A DNA stretch of 62,039 nucleotides, filler included, from Platydemus manokwari (Eukaryota): assembly GCA_037951405.1 (NCBI GenBank). It is 6 parts of 6 records of this genome, joined end to end, with 100 filler letters (N's around TTAATTAATTAA, not from the genome) between each part and the next. Parts side by side here need not be neighbours in the genome. Positions count along the whole stretch, not along the records: positions 20,213 to 30,439 come from JBBMOY011156327.1; positions 30,540 to 41,171 come from JBBMOY011117996.1; 4 more parts are not named here. One strand, given 5' to 3'. Below, piece by piece: positions 23,928 through 36,860 of the stretch. The notes below the pieces were generated by a model. That model searched no databases. It had not been told where the DNA came from and was given only the letters and a program-made list of their open reading frames with translations. Each line of letters begins with the position of its first letter. Position 1 is the stretch's first letter. A program made the position numbers and the translations under genes.

Positions 23928-26900
23928 CCTTCTCCCGTCGTTTTTGAGATCCTTTTTAGCCACTCAATTCTTCGAGGTTTTGGTTGTCCCTGGTAATCTA
24001 GAAGTACTTGATGTGGACTTAAAAATTTCAAAATTTTGTGAAGACCTTCATAACGACCTCCGTTCTTCTTTATCTTATGTGTTTCTTTCTTCACTAAAAC
24101 TTCTCCAACTGTGAAAATTTTGCAACCTCTTTTTTGGAATGAATTTCTTTAAGTTTATGGCTACTGATTTCAGCTGGTTTTCCGTTTCTTTGATGATCTG
24201 GTCGTGATTGCTTGGTTCATTTAGCCGTAACCCTTACATATTAATTCTTCATTCAAACAATATTTCAAAAGGAGAATGTTGAATTGAACTGTGATATGTT
24301 GCATTGATGATGAATTCTATCCGAAGCAATAATTTACCCCAAGCCTGTTTCCCTGATGCCATAGTTATTGCCACCATGTCTCTGATCGTCCTAATCATCC
24401 TTTCAGCTAAGCCATTTGCCTGATATTGGTATAGGGAGGTAAATTCTTATTTTATTCCAAAACATGTTACTAATTCTTTCATTTCCCTTCCTTCGAAGAC
24501 TCTACCCCAATCATTGAGCATTGATTTTGGAGCACCATACCTATAGATCCATTTATTGATGATGGAATTGGAAATTCATGTTTCGTTTTGTCAAATAAGT
24601 GGCACCAAGCTTACTAACTTACTGAATAACCAAAAAATATATGGTTTTAGTCATAAATTTCCCAAAGTGCGCAACGTCAACAACGATCTGTTTCAAAAGC
24701 CCAAACTCTTCCCTGGGAATCATAATCTCTTTAGTTCGTCCAGTGTATATCTTACGTTTGGCACAAACAACGCAATTCCATACATCATATTTGGCCAGAA
24801 GTAAATTTTTTGAATGTAATCGACCAATTTTTTATTACCAATATGGAACAACTCCTCATGAAAGCATCACGTAAGTTTCTGCGAATAAACCTCTGGCACA
24901 ACAATTCGTTTCTTTCCATTATCATTATACACCGCCATATCTTCAAAAAATTCATATTTCTCTAAACTGTTAAAATATTTGCTTTTCTTGACCGCTGAAT
25001 TGACTTTTGCTTCTGTTTTCCCGAACCATTTTCGAATGGAACCAACGACAGTATCTTTTTGTCGTCTTTCTTATCTTTCGTCTATCTTTCTTAGTTCGTC
25101 ATTATTTGCAATTGAATGATCGAAAAGATCAATAAACCGACTTTTTGGTTTACCTTCTTTAGCACCCTAGTGCTAAGTTAAGCATCATAAACAAAATGTT
25201 TCGCCAATCCTTGAGAGTCCATCCGCATTTTCACTATCTAATCCCCTTTGATATTAAAGTTTGAAATTGAATCTGGATAAGCTTGTAAACCATGTTTGAT
25301 ACTGAGTGCTAATCGGTTTGTTAGTTTTCTTCATGTATGTCAAGGTTTTGTGATCGGTACAAGTCACAAATGTCTTTCCCAAAAACAATGTTTAAAATTC
25401 ATAGTAAACTCGTGGATTACCTAATCATCGCATTAACCTTTTTCATGGCTGTTAAGAGTTCTAGAACCATAGGCTACTCTCTCTTTTCCATTGTCATCCA
25501 GCTGACTTAGAACGCCTCCAATCGCTCCGAAACTAGCGTCGGTGTCTAAATCATCTCTTTGTTTGGATCTGGAAAGGCTAAAATCGGAGCTGTGCATAAT
25601 TGTTACTTAAGGTTTCCAAAACTTTCCTCACACTCTATACTCCACTCCAATTTCTTATCATTTCCAGTAATCATCGCATATAACCAAGCTGTAATTAATA
25701 GGTAGTATTTGGTAAATAGTCTGTAATACTTGCATAATCCTAGGAACGATCTCAATTGAGTGATGCAGCCAAGTTTTATTGTTGACCTAATCTTCTTTAC
25801 TTTGTCGTTATTAGTTTCAATATCTTCTGCACTAACCCTATGGCCCAGGAAATTCAGTTCTCTAGTGCCAAAAGTGCATTTCTCTGGATTGATTTTCAAA
25901 CCTGATGATTTAATTAACCTGAATACCTTGTCCAGTTTCTCATTGTGTTCTACTTTTCTTCCATACACTAAAATATCGTCCAGATAAACCAGAACGCCTT
26001 TGTAAATCAAGTTCTTGAATATAGTATTCATTAGACTCTCAAACGTTGCTGGCGCGATACATAATCCAAAAGGTAGTCTGTTAAAACTGAAGTGCCCAGT
26101 TCTAGTGCTGAGCGCCGATTTCATTTTAGTATCTTCCTCAAGTTCGACCTGATAATATGCTTGGTCTAAATCTATCGTGGAGAAAACTGTCGCTCCATAC
26201 ACTGAGTCCAATAACGTTTGGATATCAGGTATCGGAAAAGAAAATTTCTCAGTCTGTTCGTTTAATTTTCTGAAGTCTAAACACATCCTTATCGATCCAT
26301 CTTTCTTTGAAATCACCACCAGGGCTCTTGCAAGGGGTTATGACATTACTTTTGAGAAGATTTTCTATCAAATCTTGAATTTTGGTTTCTAAATTTATTG
26401 GCTGCCTTCTGGGGTTTTGAAGTTCCCATTTTGTACGGATCTCGTGCTTCACCAAATCGGTTAGTCCCAAATCAAACCGAGAAGCCATAAAAATTGAGCA
26501 ATTTTCTTTTATACACCTATTCAATGAAATATCGTTCTGGTCAGCGATACTTTTCAGTGTCATTTCGATTCTGTCTTGGTCACTGTATTTCTTTCCCACA
26601 TCCTTGGCATTAATTGATTTTATCCTTGAAAAGAATATTCCACAAGTCTTCATCATATAAACTCCTCCGATAAATCTTGGTAAAATTTCTTTTACCACAA
26701 TGGTCTCCTGTACTAGAATTTTGTTGTTCCAATCTATTTGGATCTTAATTTTTCCTAGACACGCTTTGTGTGTATTGAAGAATACACCAGCCAATCGAAC
26801 ATCAGAACTCTTAATATGCGGCTCTCCAGTGCGCCTCCAATTGGTCTCATTCATTACTGCTATTGAAGCACTAGAATGCCATAACATTTCAATATGTATA

Positions 26901-27692
26901 TCGTTATAATCAATTTTACTCCACTGTCTACCATCTGCTTTCTGATACATCTGTAAATGCTTCATCTTCCTCTTGCCGTCTTCTTTTTATTTATATTCTA
27001 TCTCTATGTTTGGAGATTCAATGGGATTAACTGGTGCTAGATGGTATTCCTTTACACCAAAATTTCTTTCTTGCACGATTGAACTTGGCTTTTTGAATGA
27101 AGTCTCCTTCTGAAAAGTTTTTCTTGTGTTACTTTGAAATACCGACTGAGCATATGTTTTCCTGATGGCGTTTATGGGCTTCGTCAGAATTAACTTCTTT
27201 GAATTGACAGCCAACTCTCTTCTTCTATAGTTAGTTGCAAGGTCGAGAGTAAATGACTCTTTCAATTTCTTGCTATTTAGATCTTGCAGAATAAATAGTC
27301 TTGAAATTTCTTCAAGAGTGTTTTCTTGTCAAACACCTCCGAAACTAGCTTCTTTCCCTGAAGTTTAAAATTGCGGTATTATTCATCTGGTATTTGTTGC
27401 ACTGCTGCTAAATTCTGAACCTTGTCCTACACTGTTTTGGCATGTGAAAATGTTTTCAAAAACCATTTTTCAATTTCTTCATTTGAAACAGTGTCTTTGA
27501 AACCACTGAATTCTTGTTACAGTTGTTTGGCGTCATCTCTTAACAGCATGTCAAATACAAAGGATAGTTCCATTTGATTAAATGTGGCGAAACGTTTGGT
27601 TATTTGAAACCATTTTTCATCATCTTGGATTGATGAATCGAAGAATGACGACTTTGGAATTAATAACTCCTGAGTTTCTTGGGGGTATATTC

Positions 27693-27706
27693 CAGCGTGG
27701 TCGCCA
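27693..27706 (-). promoter_or_regulatory. Primer-binding site TGGCGACCACG(CTG), tRNA-Arg-like
   Basis: Begins TGG directly after the 5' repeat; complementary to a tRNA 3' end ...CGTGGTCGCCA as recalled for metazoan tRNA-Arg(TCG). Confidence 0.7.
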
Positions 27707-27766
27707 GTAAAAACATAAGTTGTTTCCATCAATATTTTATTTTATTTAAAATCACACGCGTTTTTT
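27706..27766 (-). repeat. 5' terminal direct repeat (LTR or LTR remnant)
   Basis: About 90% identical to 23865-23927. Confidence 0.85.
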
Positions 27767-30439
27767 CAAAATTAAAGCAAATCTCATTTGTTATCTAACT
27801 ATATATATATATTAGTGAAACCACCAAGTACATAAAAATTCCTTAAAATAATAAATTAATTTTTAAAATATGAATAGGCAATAAGATATTGCTCTTTAAT
27901 ATCGACAAATAAACTGCCATCAATTATCGTGGTTGTAAATTCTATTATAGAATAAAATAATCGCTCGATTAAATTTAATCGAGATATTTTCTCTGTGTAA
28001 TAAATTTATTCAGAGAGAATTACTTTCACCAATGAATAAATTCTATCGATAAAATAATAAATTCACTGGCATTTGATTTAATCGCAAAGAATAACTACGA
28101 GTGATTCTCTACTGCCTATATAAGGCAATAATCACAATCAACACAGCCATTATTTCGTTTACAGAATGTTGGTTTTTTAATAAGAAACTTTTGTTGAGTA
28201 AAGACGTAATCTCACAAAAGACGAACGGATTTGGAATTTGGGATCATTATTTTGGAACTTTAAGCATTTGCATGCCCACAAAACCATACAGGTATAGCAA
28301 TCAATCAATCAGAGAAGGTTTAAATGGAAAATTTTAATTCGATAAATGAACATAACTACACAGTAATACGCATATAGGGATTGACCTATCTCCAGCACAC
28401 AAAACCAATAAATCCAATTGGAACTTGAGAAATAAATTATCAATCCAATAAGTGATAAACAAACTACACACAAATCTTACGTATAAATACTGATACAAAT
28501 AATCCTTTATTTCGTCTCCATTTCTTCACTAATTATTAGTTGTGATACTTGGCTTAATATTTGAGCCATAAAGACAGTGAAATAACAAACGAAACCCTAC
28601 AATTTACCTAGTTCTCTTGAATATACCCAATGCGTCGAATAGGAGTTAATGAATGATCACTATAAGTATTTTTAAATTTTATGAGCAATAAGGTTTGTGA
28701 TTATTGTGAATTTTATCTAAACTATGGTGTATAGATGAATTCAACATTAAGTTGCAATTGTTATTTTAAAAATTATCTATCAAGCACAATAACGAGAAAT
28801 AAAATATTGACAAAAAAACAAAATAAAAAAATTCAAAATCAATTACTAGGCATGTTAATCGATTTTGAGAATCAGCTAACAGGCAAGTTTCAAATTTAAT
28901 AATTATGACAACTCTCATAATTAGGATGTGACAGATTATTGAAACAAACAAATTCACTAGTAATTCAGTGGTAATCAGTGATGAGTTTTCACGAATGATA
29001 TGCTTCGGATTTTCCTATTGTTTCGATTTTACGGTTTTGTCTTATGAATTATCTCAAAAGAATAGTCATTTTTGGTGTGTGTGTGTGTGTTGGCAACAAA
29101 TTATGCTCTTATTTTCACGAGCAAGTGAAGATTAAGTATTTGATTTATTAAATATTGATTTATATTTATGAAACCTTAATTTCCAATTTATTTTCTTTAA
29201 CTATTTATTTCTTCGTCAATTTTTCGCAAGGTGCATATATAAATAATAAATTTTTTTGGTAAATTAAGATAAATATAATAAATATAAATAAAGTTTTACG
29301 GGTAGAGCCCGATCATGTCATATATGATACAGATTAACGTGATAATAGTACACATGCAATGGTCTGTTGATGATCAACTGATATTGGGACTTAAATAATG
29401 CTATTGGTGTGCATGTTTTGTTATTTATTTATTTATATACTTGACTAGGCATTCGTCTATTGTAAGATTTTGGAATTCAATAGAGATTTGTTAAGAGCTA
29501 TTTCAGCTGTTATGAATAGGTTTGTCCTATGACTGAATTTATAGATATTTTGAAAGAGAAAATAGGTCTAGAAATTATTTTGGATAAAGTTTGCTAATAA
29601 GTTTTACTGGTATACAGTAGACGGTGCAAAATTCTGGAAAGAATTGAAGAACTGTTGTCCAGTTGCAAGAGGTGCTATATGTTCGTCCTTTGATGCAATT
29701 AAATAATCGTCGTACATCTTATACAAATTTTAGTAGGCGTTCAACTTTCATGGTTGCTAAAAGGCAAACTTTCGGAGTGGTTTTTAATTGCTGCGTATAA
29801 CTTATTTCGCAATATTAACAGATAGCCAATTACTAATTCGTGCGGTTTTTCATATGCGACAATTATAAATTATTCATTTACTGAAGGATGAAAAAGCTAA
29901 TGTATACTTTGATTCTGTTAATTTATTTTATTTTATTATAAATTATTTCTTTGATTCTCTAAAATTTGTTTTAATTTCCATTAGAGTAGAGTAAATAGTT
30001 TTGTATTAGTTTTCTACCAGTCATTTTGACGAAATTGTTTTTATTAGCACCCATATAAAATTATTTTACTGTTTATTTCTTGTCATTGCCGTGACTTCGG
30101 AGTTTTTTGCTATAAACAATATTATAAACATAATTAATATCGTAAAAATAATTTTTATGGTGATACTGTATTTTCAAAAATACATGTCACTGTGTTAGAA
30201 ACCTTTCAATTGTTAACACAACTTAAGTGCTAAGTTCAATGAAAGTCAAAGATTAGATATTAAAAAAAAATGCTAAATTTTATTTCAACATAAAAATTTT
30301 CGTTTCGAGGCGGTGGGATATCCCTCACCTTATTTTTAGTTTGTATGTTTCGTTGGCTTTCGGCAGTTGTCTTCCTTTTTAGGCAGAAGAATTTTCTTCA
30401 TAATCCCGAGAGTACGGCAGTCCTGATTTTGGTCCGTGC

Positions 30440-30539
30440 NNNNNNNNNNNNNNNNNNNNNNNNNNNNNNNNNNNNNNNNNNNNTTAATTAATTAANNNNN
30501 NNNNNNNNNNNNNNNNNNNNNNNNNNNNNNNNNNNNNNN
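30440..30539. other. Artificial scaffold linker
   Basis: N44-TTAATTAATTAA-N44. Confidence 0.97.
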
Positions 30540-31876
30540 ATAATAATGATAATAACAATAATAATAATAATAACAGTAATAATATTTTAACCCATTATTT
30601 CTCTTAATACTTACATCATGTATTATGAATTGTAATAAATATTGTGTAATAGGACGTGTAATATAATTATTTTATTAATTGTTTTAAAAATATTTTAAAC
30701 GTTTTTCAAACCATTTAAGAATATCAACCCACAAAATATATTTAATCAAAATACTCAAAATAGTTAAATCGCTCATTATAAGATATAAATATATATATTT
30801 TTGATATTGGAGTATTAATCGATTTATAAATCCCCTCATAACTCTCATAAAGTAACACATTAATCGATTTTTAAACGACTTATAACAAGAAAACATTGCT
30901 AATATGAAGATTTGAGACATATCAAATATTATTTATATTTTATTACAATTCTTGAGTTTATTTTATTTTCTTTAATAAATATTTACGAGTGAGATTATTC
31001 AATGCTGGAGTCAAATAATATTGATGTAAAAGTGAATTTATAATAAAAATCAATTTCATAAAACTGAATCTCGATTCGTTAATAATTTAAATGATCTGTC
31101 ATTCGATAGAACGCTTTTGTGTGACGTCTTATCAATGCAAAACCCGACATAAAATAAATATTTGATATTTTTATCAATTAAAATATAATTATATAATCTA
31201 TCAAGTTATATAATCGATAAAATGAAAATCATCTTCGAAATATTGAAATGTCGACAGTTATTTATTTAAAATCAAAGCGACAGCTATTCGCCATTGGATG
31301 AATGATCATTGATTTATGCAATTTAAACAAATTCTTGACATTTATAAATAAAATCAATATCATTGGATATCATAATGAAGAATATCAGAAATAGATAACT
31401 ATTATGGATTAAAAAGTGCATTCGTCGAATAGAAAAACTTTTTTCTATTTACTCGACAAATACAAAGGTAATGTACGAATCAAACTAATGAGTAAGAACA
31501 GACGAAATATGAAATGCTTCTCGGGGTATTGTTGACAAATTATTTAATTAATTTATCATCCCGATAGATTGAGTCACATTATTCCATTAAATAAACTTTT
31601 TTTGATAATTGATGTAAGATTTAATTCAAACTTCTGTGAGCTTTTTAACTTCTTAAAATTTTTATTTGTACAACTCATTTTTGAAGAGAAAATCTTTGAT
31701 GTTTTTGTTTATTTTATGAAATAGATGCTATAAAAGATGATTTATTGTTTTCCAATGAATTATCACAATATCCGTGAGGGTGTGCTTGTTTATATGACTC
31801 GAGAATTTATATTGTGGCTGTGCGGGAGATTTAATTTTAAAAATTAAATCCTAGACAAATGTGAATATATCAAGCG

Positions 31877-32797
31877 ATTCATAAGTCTCGGTCTCTAAAA
31901 CTAAAATAAAACAACAATACGAACAAACTGAATGTATTGAGTTACTTTAATGCACAACAAAACACAATAACAGTAGGAACAAATAACGGTAACTAATAAG
32001 CAATTTCATAGCGACTGTTCGAAATGTTTACCATCTTGCTCCAAACAGAGATTGCATCGTTTCCTGAAGCTTGAATAACATTTACGAACGATTTCTTGAT
32101 TGATGTTTATTAATTCATGTGAGAATGCTTCTTCAAGTTCGTTGAGAGTCGCATCATTGATATGGATTGCATAAACTTTGTCTTTGATTTAGCTCCATAA
32201 TCAAACATCTAATATCTTGAGGTCTGAAGGTCTTGGTGGCCATTCCTTTGATCACCTACAAAAAATCCACCGCTGTTGAAGACGCTGATCAAGCCTTTGT
32301 CTCTCTGGAATACTGAAATGAGGCGGAGCACCATCGTGTTGATACCAATGTTGATTGTCATTTCTCGTTGATTTGTGCTATCCTTTACAAAATTTACCAC
32401 CTTTTCTTTCATTGTTTTATCAGACGGTCTTCCTGATCGCAACCTAGTGGATACGTTTCCAGTTTCTTCAAACTTCTGTTTCCAGTATTGCACTGTTGCC
32501 CTACCTGGTGATGCACGATTGAAATGTTGTTGAAATTTTTGGCAAGCTTTGGCATTGCTCTGGTACACTATTGCATGGCTAACTATAAAAACTCTAAACA
32601 CAGGTAAAAGTTTAACATCATCAGCTACTTCCGCCATATTGTAATAATGCAACTGATCAATAAGAAATAAGAAATAAAGTATATTAATCAGTGAATAATA
32701 ATTAATATCAACAGGTATAAATATGTGAGTATAAATTATACTGTGTTTTGTTGTTTTATTTTAGTTTTAGAGATGGAGACTTATGAATGACACGGTA
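31877..32797 (-). mobile_element. Internally deleted Tc1/mariner element of the DD41D (rosa/Visitor) family
   Basis: About 45-bp inverted repeats (attcataagtctc..tctctaaaactaaaataaaacaaca / tgttgttttattttagttttagagatggagacttatgaat); HTH ..FQQHFNRASPGRATVQYWKQKFEETG..RSGRP; QHDGAPPH...WPPRPSDLKILD with 41 codons between the two Asp; in-frame stops. Confidence 0.88.
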
Positions 32798-33783
32798 TTT
32801 ACACAGGAATTGTTCTTCGAAATTTTATTTTATATTCTTTATTTGATACTGTACAGTAGATTCACCACAATGAGCGCTTTATGCTATGCTTTGATCAATT
32901 GTACCAAATATCGATTCTCACGAATTTCATTTATCGATAACGTATTCAACACAATATTTATCTTAAAATCCAATAGAGATTATTCTGGATCAATTGAATA
33001 TTCTAATAAAATATCAATAGTTTATAATATTTTCTGAATCAATTGTCATTGAACTACATGAAACACAAACCTACCAACCACTGGTTCAATATAAGTGATT
33101 CTATTTTTAAACATTTCCTCTTAACTTATAGCATCTCTTCTCTAGTTATATAGTTCTCTAAACTTAATAATCTATTTATTACAGATGGATTAAGTCTCTT
33201 TTTAAAAGTATTTAAAGTTCTTAATATGTTGTTATTCTTTTCATCATACTTTAATTTGTTTTTATCACCATAACAATTAATCGGTCCACCAATGCATATT
33301 TTTGGTAGGAATAGTTAAACAATTCTGTTATACTTTCGTCAGAGGAATTGGTTTGATAATATACTCTTAATGGTCTCCAATCATTTATTTGGTAAATTCA
33401 TGTTGAAGATGCACTCAGGGCAAAAATGCAATCGCTTACTAAACACCTTAAATAGGACAGCGTAAAATCAATGTGTCATTATAGACGTTTCATTCGGTTT
33501 TAAAATGTTTCCTTTTAAAATTAGAAAAAAATTTCAAATATATTGGATGTTAGCTGCCACTATTTCAATAAACGCAGCTTGAAAACGAATTATGAGCTTC
33601 AACATAAAAGTATATTCAATCAATACATTCAAATAAATTAAATCCATCAATTATATTTTTTAATATCAATACATATTTTTTCTATTTAAATGATAGATTA
33701 AATATCAATTGATTGTGAAATCCTTACACCAAATAATGGGGCATAGCGTATTGAATCAATTGCAGAAGGTAATCAAGTTGCTT

Positions 33784-34411
33784 GAGATATTTTCCAGATA
33801 AGCCCCCGCCAAAAACTTAACCTCCTCCACCCAGAAAAGTTTATAAAAAATAGGATATGAAACTTTTACTTTTAGCTTTTATTGGGAAAATTGGCAAAAT
33901 TGGGACATGTCATTTATAATTAAGCTCCGTATTTCGGTACTTGTGCCTTCAAAAGAACTCACACAAGTAGCTGTCCACCAAAGATTGGACCAGCAATAAA
34001 TGAATAGAATTACTGTCCTAAACCACATCCCAGACCGCTCCAGCCAAGTTTCCTTTCGGGAATTGCACTTCCACCTGCCAGTAACAGTTAAAAGTGTCAT
34101 TTGGTGGCCATTGTTGTATGAACGTAGCTGATGGATCACTCCGTGACTTTGCAAAAAAATTATTTCCGTCTCCTTATCATGAGTCAAAAGCGTCAGAAAA
34201 TTTATTTCTGGTTTTACGTTCGAACGAAGAAATCTTTTGCACAAAAATGAGCCTAGAGCCTTGTTTTTATAGCGTGAGCAAATGTCTATACATCAGAAAT
34301 CGGTCAAGGTTGCGTGTGAGCATTAAATTGGAGCTGGCGCAAAGTGACGGGGCTTAATTTTTTGCTAGTGCACTATTTCCATTAGTGTTGGAGCTTATCT
34401 GGAAATGATCT
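33784..34411 (-). mobile_element. Non-autonomous Merlin/ISXO2-like element (N-terminal transposase remnant between TIRs)
   Basis: Inverted repeats gagatattttccagataagccc / gagcttatctggaaatgatctc; FLQSHGVIHQLR...GHQM..RWKC..RKETWLE.S...FRTVILFIYCWS is typical of Merlin transposase N-termini; DDE core absent. Confidence 0.75.
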
Positions 34412-36407
34412 CAATCTTGATGTGAGTGTATTATCAAATGTCGTGATCAAATTATGGGAATTTTCAATGGTTAAATCAAGAAACTTTCATAGCCCTTACA
34501 TTCAGTTTCTGACTGAATTTCACTGTAATTCAAAGAACAATTTTTATATTTAATTATCATTTATTCCATTATTTTATCTATAAAAAAATTAAATTAAATA
34601 TTATTAAAATAAACGGTTTTATCAATAAATGAATTGAGAGTGTTTAACCAGACTATTTTAAATCAAAACAGACAAAATAAGTTTCACGTTACAAGTGATT
34701 TCTCCAATTAACATTTATTATGTCAATTCAATGTTCTCTAATCTTAGAATTGACATCAAATAAAATTGTGAGTTCAATCGATAAATGTCCAATATTGTAC
34801 ATTTATTGATATATTTAGACTTATTTCAAAATAGTTATTTTAAATTTGTAATTTTTTCGTTGGTCGATTTAAAGTAAACTATTTAAAACGAATTTTCAAA
34901 TTAATTAAGCTATGTGACGATTATGAGGGTTTGATGATTATACCCTTTGCAATTCGGGCATGTACACCATCAAGTATATTGATGTCGTAGGTTATCTTGT
35001 ACGTCAGTATCGAATAAGATCTCAAATCTGGTCATTGATGGATCCTAACTCATGTCTACGTCACTCGCACTCATTGTCACTCATAATTCATTAGAGAACA
35101 CTAATTTGTGCTAGTGTATTTTGATTCCACATCACTGACACATGTAAGACATCATCTTCGGATTTTTTTATTTAATTGCTTGTTTCTACTTTTTACAAAA
35201 TTTGTGTGATTTAAACAACTCTTTATTGATTGACTAGTCGAAAAACCTTGTCATCGATAATTTGCGACTATATTATTGGATTCAATTCGGTTTTTTCGAT
35301 ATAAAAATTGTTCAGTGGACTGAAATACTTGTGAAAAAAAATGTTAAATACCGGTAGTGATTGAAAATAGAATTTCAAAATTTGAAAAAACACAGGAAAA
35401 ACAGTTAATAGAACAATAAATCCACTTCCTAAATGACGTTACCGTGGATAAATAAATGATAATCACAACTGTTGGTAAAATATTGCTTTGTTAGAGTTTA
35501 TGGAGTTCTTTAAGTAGAATTCGATTTTGATTCGAGATGAAGAATTAATTGCTAGACAAGTTAATTGATAATCAATAGAATTAAGCATTGTAAACGATTT
35601 ATGTTTTCAATTATCTTATAATTATAAAAGAAACTATCTATATCGAGATACGTTTTATGAGAAAGAAATTCGTTTGAAATATTCATGTACATAGATATCG
35701 AAGACCTGATAAATCATTAGGTTATGCTTTGTAGAAATCATTGTGCTTTGGATTTCGTCTATAATAATAATCGACATCTAATTAGGAAACATTATTTAAG
35801 ACCTTTGATGTAAACTTCAATTTCCATCGTCAGTGCAATGTCAAGACGATATATGTTTTCACGGTATGTGATGAAAAAATATTTTTGTTCGACTTTAATT
35901 ATGAGTATCAAATAATTAAAAGGATGATTTTGTAGTTTTTTATCAAGTGTTTTTTATCAATTTAAATGAAATCAATGTTTGAAAATCAATTTAAATAATT
36001 TTCTTGAATATATTGATTAGAGAATACATTTTAGGTTGACTTTCTTAGATTCTTAATCAATTCTTATTTAATGAAATTTGATGTTTTTGTTTTCGATTTT
36101 GAGAATATCAATGCTGGAAAAATACATAAACGAATATAGATAATAGAAGTCGGTATAGATGAAGAGAATTCAATATAAATATAAATACAGAAAAAATAGA
36201 AAATTCAATAGCGAGAGATATTTTGCAAATCAAGTATTTTTAAATTATAAATAATTAAATAAATAGTTAAAAGTAGCCATGTTTGAATTTTTTTATTGCA
36301 TTTGCTTTTTGTATCGATTTTCATTTTCAATACATATTCTTTGAAATAGGACCAAGGTAAGCAACTACTATTTATAAATGACGTATCGAAAACAAACTGA
36401 AGAGACA

Positions 36408-36860
36408 CCAGAAATCTATGTATTCAAATACATTTAAACAAAGTAATATAATTTGCTATAAAACCAAATCTTTAAGAATTTAATTTAATTTAATTTCTCG
36501 CATTCCCCTTTGTTTAAAATCTTTGATTTTTTTTTATTCTTAATCGACAATGTATCGATTACTCCACATATTTATCTACGTAAAGATCTGTAGTTCCTTC
36601 ATTATATCTTCATTATATCTTTTCTAAATCATCTTTATATCTTCTCTGAATCCTCTTACTATCTTCTTTGAATCTTCTTTATATCTTCTTCGTATATTCT
36701 CTATATAGTCTCAACATTTTCCTCCTTCTTTTCCGTAATTTTCAGTCATTGATCTTCTCAGAATCGAATCCAAATACGTGGTGTCTATGTAAGTCCTTAC
36801 TATATCCCTACTTATTGAAAACAAACTGAAAAGACACAACAGAAAATTATATATTTAAAA
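36408..36860 (-). repeat. Copy of the dispersed 300-400 bp repeat family with expanded 33-bp subrepeats
   Basis: Shares cattgatcttctcagaatcgaat, ctctatatagtctcaacat, tatttatctac, aaaatctttgatttt and aactgaaaag with 15790-16600. Confidence 0.88.

Larger units (their letters stand above)
23865..27766 (-). mobile_element. Ty3/Gypsy LTR retrotransposon, near full length but decayed (gag-PR-RT-RH-IN)
   Basis: RT: KKDGSIRMCLDFRKLN, DLDQAYYQ, LPFGL, YLDDIL, LRSFLGL; RNase H D-T-D-A-S at about 25545 and integrase remnants 24200-24900 in Gypsy order; terminal direct repeats, PBS and PPT. Confidence 0.93.

Noticed and set aside
34913-35150. LTR-like segments starting TGT (also about 9575-9950 and about 54780-55423)
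   Set aside because: No second copy, TSD, PBS or PPT could be verified.
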